A stretch of 64,000 nt of DNA, taken from the human T2T-CHM13v2.0 reference genome, Homo sapiens. A program made the position numbers and the translations under genes. The number at the start of each line of letters is the position of its first letter. The first letter of the stretch is position 1. Positions 51,910-64,000 of the stretch are shown here, one piece after another. The notes beneath the pieces are model-generated. The model did no database searches. It saw only the letters and a list, made by a program, of their open reading frames with translations, and was not told the origin of the DNA. The stretch is taken from the NCBI RefSeq assembly GCF_009914755.1, contig NC_060926.1. The stretch is one strand, 5' to 3'.

Positions 51910-52045
51910 TACTAATCTAACCACTCATTTTCAAGATAACAAATTGAAGACCCAAGATGTTGGAGGACTTGTTCAAGGTCACTCAGCTATTTACAGTCAA
52001 AGCCTGAGCCAGGATATGAATCTTTTGACTCAACTGAGGGCCTTG
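51910..52045 (-). mobile_element. MIR3-like SINE
   Basis: CTAACCACTCATTTTCAAGAT...GACTTGTTCAAGGTCACTCAGCTA. Confidence 0.7.
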
Positions 52046-52060
52046 ACATCTTCCTTACTC

Positions 52061-52358
52061 TTTTTTTTTTTTTTTTTTTTTGGAGACACTTGTCACCCAG
52101 GCTGGAGTGCAATGGTGCGATCTAGGCTCAATGCAACCTCCACCTCCCAGGTTCAAGTGATTCTCCTGTCTCAGCCTCCCGAGTAGCTAGGATTACAGGT
52201 GCCCACCACCATGCCTGGCTAATTTTGTTAATATTTTTAGTAGAAATGGGGTTTCACCATGTTGGCCAGGCTGGTCTCGAACTCCTGACCTCAGGTGATC
52301 TACCCGCCTCAGCCTCCCAAAGTGCTGGGATTATAGGCATGAGCCACTGAGCCCAACC
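52061..52358 (-). mobile_element. AluSx/Sq-like
   Basis: Full Alu; perfect 16-bp TSD ACATCTTCCTTACTCT (52046-52061 / 52360-52375). Confidence 0.95.
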
Positions 52359-54517
52359 AACATCTTCCTTACTCTAAATCCATATATGTAGTTAGATCCC
52401 TTCTTCCACTGAAACCAGCATACCAGTATATCATTGCTCCCTGCAATCTGGACTTCATAAAGTCAATACCAGTACCGTCATCAAAATTGTAAAGAGATCT
52501 ATTTTCACTATGCTGAGTAAATGTTTCATAACCAGACAGTAGTCAAAGACCTAGTGTTGGAAATGTAGATGCTGACCTGTTTATTCCATGACAAAAGTCT
52601 TGATTTTCTACTTGCTATAGTTTGGGGTGTGTTATAACCTCCAGGTTACCCCTCTTGTGCTATGCAGTTTGATGATTTCCCTAATATTATATGATAACCA
52701 CCTTCTAAACTTCTGTAGTTTTCAACCACCCATTTCTTCTTTAAAAAAAACAAACAGTTTTAGACTGGCTTTTTAAGAGACAAACCACCCCACTCAGTTG
52801 TATTTATTGGCAAATTTAATGAAAAAATTACTATTCCATCATCCTGATCTTTAAGGAAATGTTGACTAGGACTAGACCAAGGATGGCCATTATGGAAATC
52901 CACTTAATCTTCCCATTGGCTGACACTGAACCAATTATATATTATTACACAATATTAAGCTACAATGCGGAGCTCTAAAGATTGTCTTTTCAGTCTTCCA
53001 GATAAAACAAAACTCCAAGGCCATAAAGTTATTTTAGCTGTGTTAAGAAAAAAAACTTCAAATTGAATTTTTTTTTTTTACCTAAAATGGATATTCTAGT
53101 CCCTGATTACAAAAGGTATATATCTCTCCCTGAAAGAAGTTGCACATCTGAAAGGAAATAGTTAGTGGAAATTTAGACCACACTTAGCTATAGTACTACA
53201 TGCTTTTCTCAGCAACCCCAGCTGCATTCTCCAGCATCCACAGTCACCAGGGAATTTTCAGGCAGCTTGTAAATGTACAATCTCATCTCCACTATGGGTT
53301 ATAGTATATGACTCTCCCCAGAGTGCCAAGCTATGACATTTAATGAACAGATTATAATAAGAAATAAATATTCTAAAGTGTTTTTCATCTGGGATGAACA
53401 GGCTCTTATTCCAGTATTGTTCTTATTTTGTTATTGCCTTGAACAAGAAACTGAAAAGCTGATTGTATAGTAAACATAAAGTACCATTGAGCCCATATCA
53501 CTACATAATTTGGTAAAAGAGCCACTTCCTTTTTCCCTCAATTTTCTGCTAGCATGAACAAGAACCCAGTGGAATCCAAACCTGAGCACATGGCATTTCT
53601 GGCCATGATACAAAGGTCTACAACATCCTCCTAAATATTTGATGACCCCTGGGCTACTGCAGTGTAGCACTGCTGTGGGAACATCTGAAGCTGCTAACAT
53701 GCACAGCTGTTTTTGTCTTCCCAAGCTGCTTGGAAGAGTGACTGTGGGGGGTTGTGGAAATGGAGGTAGAGTGCTGTTTGATAAAATGAGACGCTCTTAC
53801 CAAGGCCCACACAGCAAAGCTAGGCCGTCTGTGTAAAACACTGATCTCTGCTCCCCACAGACTGCCCATCTGTACCTGCCACCTCCAGTCCCTCCCCTCC
53901 GCTTCCTCACCATGCTGAAAACTCTTATGTCACATACCAGGCAAGCTGCTGAAAAAGCACCCACATCTCAGGAAAAGGGCTATAGCAATTAATCTGAGGC
54001 TCTGTCCCCAGGGGTGGGGGAATTGGATGGTAATGACGGTAGAGGCAGTAGCAGTAATTCCATCGCCAGAAACTAGTTATGCCATGATAACAGACTCCGG
54101 GTAAGTGTTTTCAGGTGGCTGGGAAAGGAACTGGTGGCTTCTGATAAAGAAAAACCTGCAGATGCCTTGGTAATAAGAAATTTGGTTCAGTTCCCAGTTT
54201 CTGTGAAATAAAGTAATATCATCCACTCTTGTTATATCATAGGCATGGCCATTCCAAAAATGGCTTGGGGTGGGGCTCAGCCTCCTCCGATGCAACCCCA
54301 ATAAGTAGACATAGCATGTGTGCTACACAGGTGCTGCCTGGAGACAAGTTCACTGTGCTCCTCCTGTCCAAGCAGGCCCCACTAAGACTCTTCTACATAA
54401 TCATAATGCAGCCACCACTAAGCACAGGATGTTCCAGGGTGTAAATTAGAAACTACCCAGAAGAGTAAAATCACCATGAGAAACAAAATGAGATGGCAAA
54501 AGAAAAGGAAACATTTA

Positions 54518-54835
<318 letters not shown>

Positions 54836-55750
54836 TTAAGGGGTGTGTGTGTGTATGTGTGTGTGTGTGCACGTGTGTGTAAAGAAAGTAAATGCCATGA
54901 ACAAACCTTTATAATAAAAGCCCGTGTAAGGTGAAACAATGCAAAATGTCTGCAGCTCTGTAAGCAAAAAGCAAGCACCTAGCCCTAGAACAAGGCATTC
55001 CGGTGTCATCTTCAGCACCTCCTCCCTTAGTCTCTTCTTGCTTTTTTTTTTTTTTTTCTCACCCTCTTCACTTTCCCCTTCCCCTCCTCTTCCCACTTTT
55101 TTCCTCTCTGGTATAACTGAAATGAATCTAAGAGCTAGCTGTGCACCTCTGAGCTTCCCTGACATTAAGGAATAATGCATGCTGCACACAGAAGTTTAAC
55201 CCATCATTTCAACCCATATCACATGTAAGCATATAGCTACATGCTCCAAAGCAAAACTGTGCTACTTCAAAACATCAACTGTGCCACAATTATGGTCTCT
55301 GTGGCCATGAGAACCTGCCCACAATGCTGCCAATAGTCTACTGTGGTAAGCAATCTTCTTATTTTGTACTCTTGGTGCACAGTGGTGACAGGTAACATTT
55401 TGCCTAACCAGTGTCAGGGAAGATCCATCATAGGTCACCCCTTAGGACTACCTGCCTTTCCATGGAGATCATGTTCTTTCAACACCATTCAAAAAGTGCT
55501 TTAGCTAATGTAATTTCTGGCTCTGAGATAGATCAGGGAGGACAAAGACAAGATCATTCTCTAAAGGAAGCCAGAAGAGTGTATATTACCCTCATATGGA
55601 TACCTTAGGTAGGTGCCAGCTTCTGATGACACCATCCAACCATAGCCTCCAAGTGAAGTTCCATTTGGGCTAGAATCCCTCTTTTATTCTCAGGTTCTCA
55701 GCTTCACGGACTTGGTAAAATGACTTAAATAAATTCATTTTCTTTTAGAC

Positions 55751-56195
55751 TGTGGTGCACAGCTCAGATGATGCTTCATGGCAGAGTCTCTCATCCCCCT
55801 GCTGCCCAGAGTGTTAGTCTCTGACCACATCACAGCTAAGTCTCTCATGAGGAATTGCCCTTGTCTGAAGGCAGTTGGCTTGCTGGGGTCAGCCCCCATC
55901 CCTGGGGACAGAGGGTGGGAGGCTGTTCACATCCAATGACTTGCTGCTGGAGTGGATACAAAGGTTTGGCCCCTCATCTCAAATTTGGACAACTCTGAAA
56001 GGTTATCCCAGCTCCAGAGCTCCCATTAGGATTAGCTGAGGCCATATTTGTGTTGCTCAACAGTTCAATGTCTCCCCTGTGCCCAAATCTCTTCCCTACT
56101 CCATGCAAGTGTTCCTAAGAGAATTCTCCAGTAAACCTCCTTTATACAAATCTCTATCTCAGAGTCTGTATCCAGGTAACCAAACATCCAAGGAT
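55751..56195 (+). mobile_element. LTR16C-like ERVL solo LTR
   Basis: GGAATTGCCCT, GGACAACTCTGAAAGG...CCAGCTCCAGAGCTCCC, CAAATCTCTATCTCAGAGTCTG. Confidence 0.8.
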
Positions 56196-56346
56196 AACAT
56201 CCAAGCAGTAACCACAGTAAATCTGAAGAAAGGTGTGCCATTCCTTCTAAATGCAGTAACAAAGGAGATGGAATATAACATTAAAAGAGCTAATGCTGAC
56301 CTCTGTTATGATTCTTAATGATTAATTTGCAAAGTTCCCCCTCAGA

Positions 56347-56578
56347 GTAGTGATTCTCAACCAGAGGTAAGGTGGGGGTACTTTGTTCTCATGGGGAAAT
56401 TTGGAAATGCCTGGAGATATTTTTGATCATCATGACTGGAAGGATGAGGAATTGCTACCAGCATCTGCTGGAGAGGGGCTAGGGATGCTGCTAGACATCC
56501 TAAACTGCACAGGACAACCTCCACAACAAAGAATTAACTGGGCCAGAATGCCAGTAGTGTTCCTGTGGAGAAACCCTC
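56347..56578 (+). mobile_element. MER20 (hAT-Charlie)
   Basis: AGTGATTCTCAACC...AGGGATGCTGCTAGACATCCTA...CCACAACAAAGAATT...GAGAAACCCT. Confidence 0.88.
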
Positions 56579-57149
56579 CCCTAGAAATATCAAATGCATG
56601 TGGTATATCATTCAAGTGAATTATTCCCTGTCTTGAAGTCAGGATATGTAATGTTTACCAACTGGTCCTAGGCCAGATGCAGTCCAAAGAAATGTGATGA
56701 TGCTTCGAAAGAGTGTGGGCCCTGAGCTTGGCCTCTTCCAGCCACAGGGAATGCACCATTGAGATGCCCAAGAGCTATGGAGCCCAGACATCCATCTGGG
56801 ATGGGGACAACAACCAGGATCGTTCTGACAACGACATCTTTCTAACAATGGTCACTCTCTTTCTAGTGAGGGTTCAACCGGGAACAATCAAAGGTTCTGC
56901 ACACCTCCAGGCTGGAAGAAGCTGGCTTCTGAGGGAGGGGACATCAGTTTCCATTGTTGAGAGGTAGGCAGGACACCATTGTCAGGGGAGAAGGCTCAAC
57001 CACTTTTATTTGTAAAGGGTAAGACTGCAGGAAAGACAGTGTTTGATACTCTATGAGAAGGCACCGCTCTGCAGTGAGTCCCCAGAATTTTACAGCCACC
57101 TACTTTATATGCAAATAAGATGTATTAGGCTTGCCTTCCATTACCTAGG

Positions 57150-57318
57150 GCAGTCATCCTTTGTCTGGGAATAAGAATTACCACTTATGAAGCTTTTAAA
57201 AAAATACTAATGCCTAAATTCCACCCCAAAGGGACTGGATCAGAATCTCCAGGGGTAAGCCTCAAGAATTTGTATTTTGAAAACTCTGATATGCAGCCAA
57301 GGATGAGAACCACCAGTC
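57150..57318. mobile_element. MER5A
   Basis: ATCAGAATCTCCAGGGG...CTGATATGCAGCCAAGGATGAGAACCAC. Confidence 0.75.
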
Positions 57319-57803
57319 TAGCATGCCCACTGAGAAATGAAGAGGGGGCTGCTGGCTTTATGGAAGACTTTATAACCACAGATGGCCCTGGCACAAAAAC
57401 AGTCTTCACTCAGGGCTTTGGAGAAGGCCTTCTGTAGGCTACCTCTCACTAGACCCGAAACTCTAAGATTTTCTTGAAACATTCTTGTGAATAGATTTCT
57501 TGTAAATTGGACAGCTGATGCCAGCCTGCTGGATTCTCCATTAAGGAGATTTCCCCACATTTATAGAAGGAGCTTTATAAGAATTGGGACCATAAGATAA
57601 GAGACACCTTCATTCCACTGTCACTTGTGACTCGAGTTACACCAATAATCAGAATTCAACACAGCTAAGCTGTCCACTATAGATTCCAAAGCTTAAAAAT
57701 GCCTATGATTTCATTCATGTGGAGTGATCAAAAGTGATCATGAAAGTGACAGCAATGTATGCTTTGGACCATTATTTATTTATCCATTTACATGGTTAGT
57801 TTC

Positions 57804-57834
<31 letters not shown>

Positions 57835-57838
57835 TATA
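57804..57838. repeat. (TA)n(CA)n microsatellite
   Basis: Read directly. Confidence 0.9.
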
Positions 57839-58332
57839 TTTATACTGTCTAATGACAGTAATAATATATATATCATATATAATTTTATAATGGAAATTTA
57901 GAAGACAGTAATCCAGAAAGATATAACTCTGAACTCTGGCTTATAGAATATTATTGTGAAATATTATTAGAACTTTTAAAGAAGGAATTCTTGGGGTTTC
58001 AGTCCAGTCTTTCAAGATCAGGCTATGGACATCAATGAGCACCAGTGCTAACTTCCACAGCGGGTATTAACAGTAAAGAGAAATGTTGTGTTTCCCAGTT
58101 ATAATGAAAAATGTTAAAATGATACTAACTCATAATGTCTACTAAGCTGCTAAAAACGTTGTATGATTGATTAGCCAGTTCCAGTTTCCTATTTCCTGCT
58201 TATGAAATTGTGACAGATCATTTGCTTTATGAAGACATGTCTTGTGGCCAAACTTCACTTGGAAAAGACCCATTTAAAACTGAAAAACCAGAGGCTTTTG
58301 ACTTTAGCCTCTACCACTGATTTGCACAGTGA

Positions 58333-58380
58333 AAATGCAAAGAGGACTTACTGGCCAAATGCAAAGAGGACTCACTGGCC
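58333..58380. repeat. 24-bp tandem duplication
   Basis: AAATGCAAAGAGGACTYACTGGCC twice, one mismatch. Confidence 0.92.
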
Positions 58381-60618
58381 CATCTCCAACATGTACTCTG
58401 AGCAGCTAAGGTAGGAAGTTAGAATTTCAGACCATGAATTCAAACAGACTCTGTATTCACTAAGGCTGTGTTGTTGTCCCAAGTACTGAGAAAAAAAGAA
58501 AACAAACAAAAATCTTCCAAATCTTTTTACAGTAATAAAACTTGTGTGTTTGTTTATGTAAGCCAAAAGATGTTTCAAGATGCTAACAAGTATAACCAAT
58601 AATAGGTTGATGAATTGAATATTGATTAACCAATGATTTGAAGATAGACACCCAGACAGGTAGTTAAACTGAAGACATGGAGTTTCCTTGAGTAACCTCC
58701 TCAGAATGCACAGCAGCATTGCAACTCCACGCAACTCAGCTTTCATCGGTCTACTTGGTTAACACTTTTCTGCTTATACAGCTTATCTCATTTTCCCAAG
58801 AAGGGAACTATTTATGGAAAGTCATGGCCCTTTCTTTGGCTGGATGGAAATGCTGCCCTCAAGCCGCCACCATAACCTGGCACAAGAATGCTTCATTGCC
58901 TCTGATAGGACCCTGGGGACTCTTATACACACACATATTTATCTTCTCCTCCCTGTGCATATGAAATTCCACCGTGAGGAAAGCCCATGTTCTCTAAGTC
59001 ACTGGGCTTTTCACAACCTGCATCTTCCTCAGATTAAAGTAATGCAGTGCCTCATCTAAAGGACTCCCCCCACCCCCATGCTCACACTGAGTGATCCACC
59101 TGCCTCTCAAACCCCAGGGCTGTGTGCCTTCCTCTACTCTTTCCTCCTCTTACCCAGCACTGCACTCTCAAACCCCCTTCCCTCCGTTTGCTGGTCTTCA
59201 ATCTCCCTGTGACCCTGAACAATAATCCTATTACATCCCTGAACTCTATCCAGGACGTTCATCTCCAGCCACCTTTTTAATGGCATTGTTAATGATTTGA
59301 GGGGAGTAAATCACAGTCAAGATAATGGCTGCAAAAAATTAATAGACATGATTTTTATGATATACTAGTGTACTAATCGTGAGAACAGTTAATTGAAAAG
59401 CACTAAATATTTTATTATCCATTCAGCATTCTGTCTTCTTTTACCATTCAGCATTCTGTTTATTCTTTCTCCCATTCTGAACTTTTTACCTATTATTCTT
59501 TCATAATTTCCCATAAAGGAAAACTGCAGAGTAAGATAAAGGGGATTCTAATCACTACATCTAATTACAGAAATGAGTAAATCACAGTTTAACACGTCAT
59601 AATCTTTCTTTTAAAAAAAAGTGTTCAAGGCACAATTCAAGGGGAAGCTAACGCCTCAAGCTTGGGAAGAAATCTAATATAGCCTAAGAATTGTTAAAAT
59701 ACTCAAGAAAATGGGGTCTTTTTTCTTTCTAATTCTTGAGTAAACAGTATCAGTAACTTTTTTTAAATGGTAATATTTCTCAGTCAACTGAATTGCTTAT
59801 CGTTGGGCTTTGGGGCCACAAACCTGGGAGAGGGCAGTGATGGTGTCTCCTTCATCTCTCCAGCCTCAGCCCAAAGCCCAAGCAGCCGGGGCTGCCCCAG
59901 AGAAACTCAGTGAATACACCAACATTCCCTGTTTCCTTTAGGACTGCTGAATATGCTCAATTACTGTGTATCTGCTTTCTTTAGCGTTCAGAAAAATACA
60001 ATACTCACAAACTGGAACATTCCACTTCCCACTGTCACATGACAAAAGCAGCCTCCTCCTGGTGAAGTCAGATATTTTCACATCTAATAAATTCTAATAA
60101 AAGTTCTTGAAGACTGCCTTCCGTACTCAGACTTGCTGGTTCGTTTACATAACAGTTCAATTTTGTTTTGCTTCTTAGGTTGGAAAGAGGATAAAAATCA
60201 CAAAACCATATAAATTCTTGAAACCTAACAACCCTCTACCCCCATTGACTATTATCATCTTCATCTCAAAGGAAGTAAGATAGCAAAGGTTACAAGCTGT
60301 GTTCACTCATCCAGAGCTGGCCCTGAGCATGTTTGTCAAATGGGCCAAGTTTCTCTTGATTCTCCCACCAGCCTTTTGCTTGCTGAGTCCTCATTCCTCG
60401 GGCCTCATCACCATCATTTTTCACCCCACCCCTACCCCACTATCTCTCTGCTGCCCCACCCGCCCAGACCCCCGGCTTGCCCCTACAAGATGAAAGGCCT
60501 GAAGTATTAGCCAGAACACTCACACGCTTTCAGAGGACTCTTAGAGGCCGGGGCAAAATTATAGTTGGAATTTCAAGCCCCTGGAAACATATCCTTTGAT
60601 CATGAATCCCCTGACCTA

Positions 60619-61233
<615 letters not shown>

Positions 61234-61679
61234 TCAGTTGTATTAACCATGGTTACATTTTTGCTAAACAGGATTCTAGCTTCAATTCAATCAGCTGAAA
61301 CTACCAAATTGAGATATTTGATCCACTAATTGTATCAAGTAAGAAAATGGCATTGACTATTTTTAATTTCTTCATTCCATTAAGCTATTGTTAAAGACAG
61401 GATTTATAGGTGGGCATAAAGGGCTTCCCTTTCCTCCCCCAGAAATGGGAATGAACTGTGGCCAGCTCCTAAATCCAATCTAACACATGTTAAAGTCCAG
61501 CTTAATGTTGAGCTCCTTTTCCCCTTTATTAAGTGGAGGCCTCATAATAATGCCAAGAAGCAGAAGGACACTCTGCAGAATCCACTCCCACCCTGGCCAG
61601 GGGAAGCCTCTCTTCACACTTCCTGCCTTTTAGAAGTTCATCTACTCAGGAACCCTGCCCTGGAGAAGGGTGCTCTGCA

Positions 61680-61790
61680 CTCAAGTTCCTGCTCACCAAC
61701 TTCATGACTTTGGGTATCATACTTATCCCTTGGTGGGGGCCTCTCCTAGCATCTATAAAATGGGCATCAAGGTATCTAATTTACCTGCCT
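61680..61790 (+). mobile_element. MIR SINE
   Basis: TGACTTTGGG...CATCTATAAAATGGG. Confidence 0.55.
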
Positions 61791-62914
61791 AAAGCAAGAC
61801 ATAGGCCCCTCACTCTCTTGAGGTCTCCTTGAGCAGTTTGATTTCAATTCAGCCAGTCCTCTACTCTGCCATCCCCCAGTTAAAACTATCTAATATAAAT
61901 GAAAGCTCTTACAGTTCAAATTTGATTGATTAAGGAGGCATTTTTTATACCACTAGTAAACTTCTATCTCAACAGTAGATATTAATAATTATAATGCAAT
62001 TAACCACATTACAATACATTAAGACTATGTTTATCTGAATCATGACGGCTGATATTTACTGAGGAAATTATGTCAGTGGACTTCCAGGGAGCCGAAGATG
62101 GGTAAGCACAGCTTGGATGACCTTTGGGGTATGGGGTATAGACAAGGGTTTCCAGGTCTAGCTGAGTAGTTGTACCATGTACCCTCAAGGACCCTTTCAA
62201 CCAGAGTCTACGAAGTTATTGCTAATCCTAAATTCTATGCATCATTACAAGTATTAGTAACATCAATCTACTTTTCTTCACTTAAAGATACATCCTTGAA
62301 AATTACATTCTGGTAAATAAAGTCATATTTCCTTTTCAATTACTATGGTTCTACTACTTCAGGAGAATGTGTAGTCAATCACTTTGAGAAGCAAAGAACA
62401 CTTTATTGGTATGAATAACCCCCTCATTTACCTATTTTTAAAATCCAGACATTTTTGACCCATTTGATTTATTTTCAAGCAACACACCCTCGAATTTGGA
62501 AATACAGATTGTATATTTCCACAAGACTGTAAAATTATAAATTACAGAAATTGAAGAAAGGAGATTCCTCCCCCCACCCCAGGACTGTGACTAAGCCCAT
62601 GAAATTTACTTAATAACCATAAATAAAACAATAGATTATCTTTTCATCCTCAATGTATCATTTCTAAGGTGTCATTACCTTTAATCTATCACAAAAAGTA
62701 TAGGATCAACACAACATTGTTATTACTGCTGAAGCACTGGATCTGCAATTTTATACAATTCTGCCTGAATTGTAGTCAGCTGTCATAGCCAGCCAATAAG
62801 AGCCATTAGGTCACTGGTAGGTATTATGTCCCTTTGATATGAACAGGGACATAATTACCCTGAAATTCTCAAAGAACATAGCTGACCTTGGACAGATATT
62901 TTGTACAACTTGGT

Positions 62915-63400
62915 GCCTCCTTGCTTCTGTTTGCCTCTTCGGGTCCCACTACCATGCTTCTCACTATTCCGGATAGCCCATTCTCACTATTCTGTTGAAC
63001 TGACTCGAAGGGCTCCCTTGAGCACAGGCTTCCAGGTGGGTTCAGCAAATAGAATCAGCTGATCAAAGGGAAGGAGGAGAATGAGATAAGATATTTATTT
63101 ATATTACTGGCTGCCTCCCAGCATGGTGGCTTTGAACTAGCTGCACGCCTCAGCTGAAAGCTCCAGTACTTGTCAAGTAATCCTCTCCCTGTAACAGTTT
63201 GTCTCTCTCTGAGTTCCAGCAACCGCTTTTTCCCCTGTTCCACCAGGTTTAGTGATGTAATAGCTCTCTGTTGGCAACTATGCTCTGTTGCTTTTTTCAA
63301 ACCCTATCCACTCATTCTTAAATAGCCCATTATTAAACTCTCTTCAATTACCCATCTTGAATATGACATCTGTTTCCTGCCAAAGTCTTGAATAATTCAC
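62915..63400 (+). mobile_element. LTR33-like ERVL solo LTR
   Basis: GGCTTCCAGGTGGGTTCAGC, AAATAGCCCATTATTAAACTCTCTTCAATTACCC, CATCTGTTTCCTGCC. Confidence 0.75.
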
Positions 63401-64000
63401 TTCTTATATGAAAATTTACAGCTTTGATCAATTTATAAGCTATATCTTATTGTAACACTGGGGTCTATGGCCAATTGCTCAAATTCTAATAACAGAACCA
63501 GGCCTTAACCATGGTAGGATAGATCAAGCTGGGAAAGGGTTAGAACAAATGTCCAGCAGATAGATTTCAAGATACAGCAAGTCTAGGAATTTTTTAAAGG
63601 GGGAATTGGACTAAGAGGCATGACTACCTCGCAAAGTGAAGCTACAGATATGTCCCACCCAGGATAAGAGTGTAAAGAACCATTAGTACAAGTGCCAAGT
63701 GCTGTTCCAATCTGGGGCAGGGCAGGTGATCAGCTTACGGCCTAATGAGAGGCATTTAATGGGGATCCAGGAGTACAGATGGTTGTCAGAGGCAGGTTTG
63801 TGATAACTCAACTGTGATGAGAACTTGAGTTCAGAGGCAGAAATCCACGCAGAAAATAAAATGCTGGAGAAAAACCTTCTAATATCACTGAGGAAGAAGC
63901 CCATAAGGCAAGGACTCAGTCACAAAGAACTGGACTGTCAGGCTCAGAATGAGACCAGATGTAAAAACCGACCAAACCAAATTAGTGGACACATATCCTT

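Noticed and set aside
63739-63904. Possible minus-strand exon with a GTAAGC donor
   Set aside because: Weak donor context and an unrecognised peptide; cannot be supported.

Overview
Primate, human-like genomic DNA that reads as intronic or intergenic. I see no credible protein-coding exon chain, RNA gene or CRISPR array. The supplied ORFs are chance ORFs or come from repeats (Alu, LTR12, Tigger1, L1, microsatellites). Much of the window is interspersed repeat: about 14 Alu/FAM/FLAM copies, L1 fragments, L2/MIR/L3, MaLR/ERV solo LTRs and DNA transposons. The most unusual structure is a ~355-bp unique sequence (38066-38422) copied, about 88% identical, into the middle of an MSTB-like LTR, which is itself nested in an MLT1D-like LTR (copy at 40742-41094). 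It looks like an old templated insertion. Other notable items: a three-level nest of four elements (hAT > L1MA7 > Tigger1 + LTR12C), an LTR12C apparently missing its poly(A) signal, an internally deleted L1MA with a single TSD, a fold-back insertion in an AluY, several non-B DNA motifs, and repeat-free homeodomain/PBX-motif-rich blocks resembling conserved enhancers. Subfamily names come from my recollection of consensus sequences, not from a search, and boundaries of old repeats are approximate. I cannot identify the host gene and found no evidence for a novel gene system.
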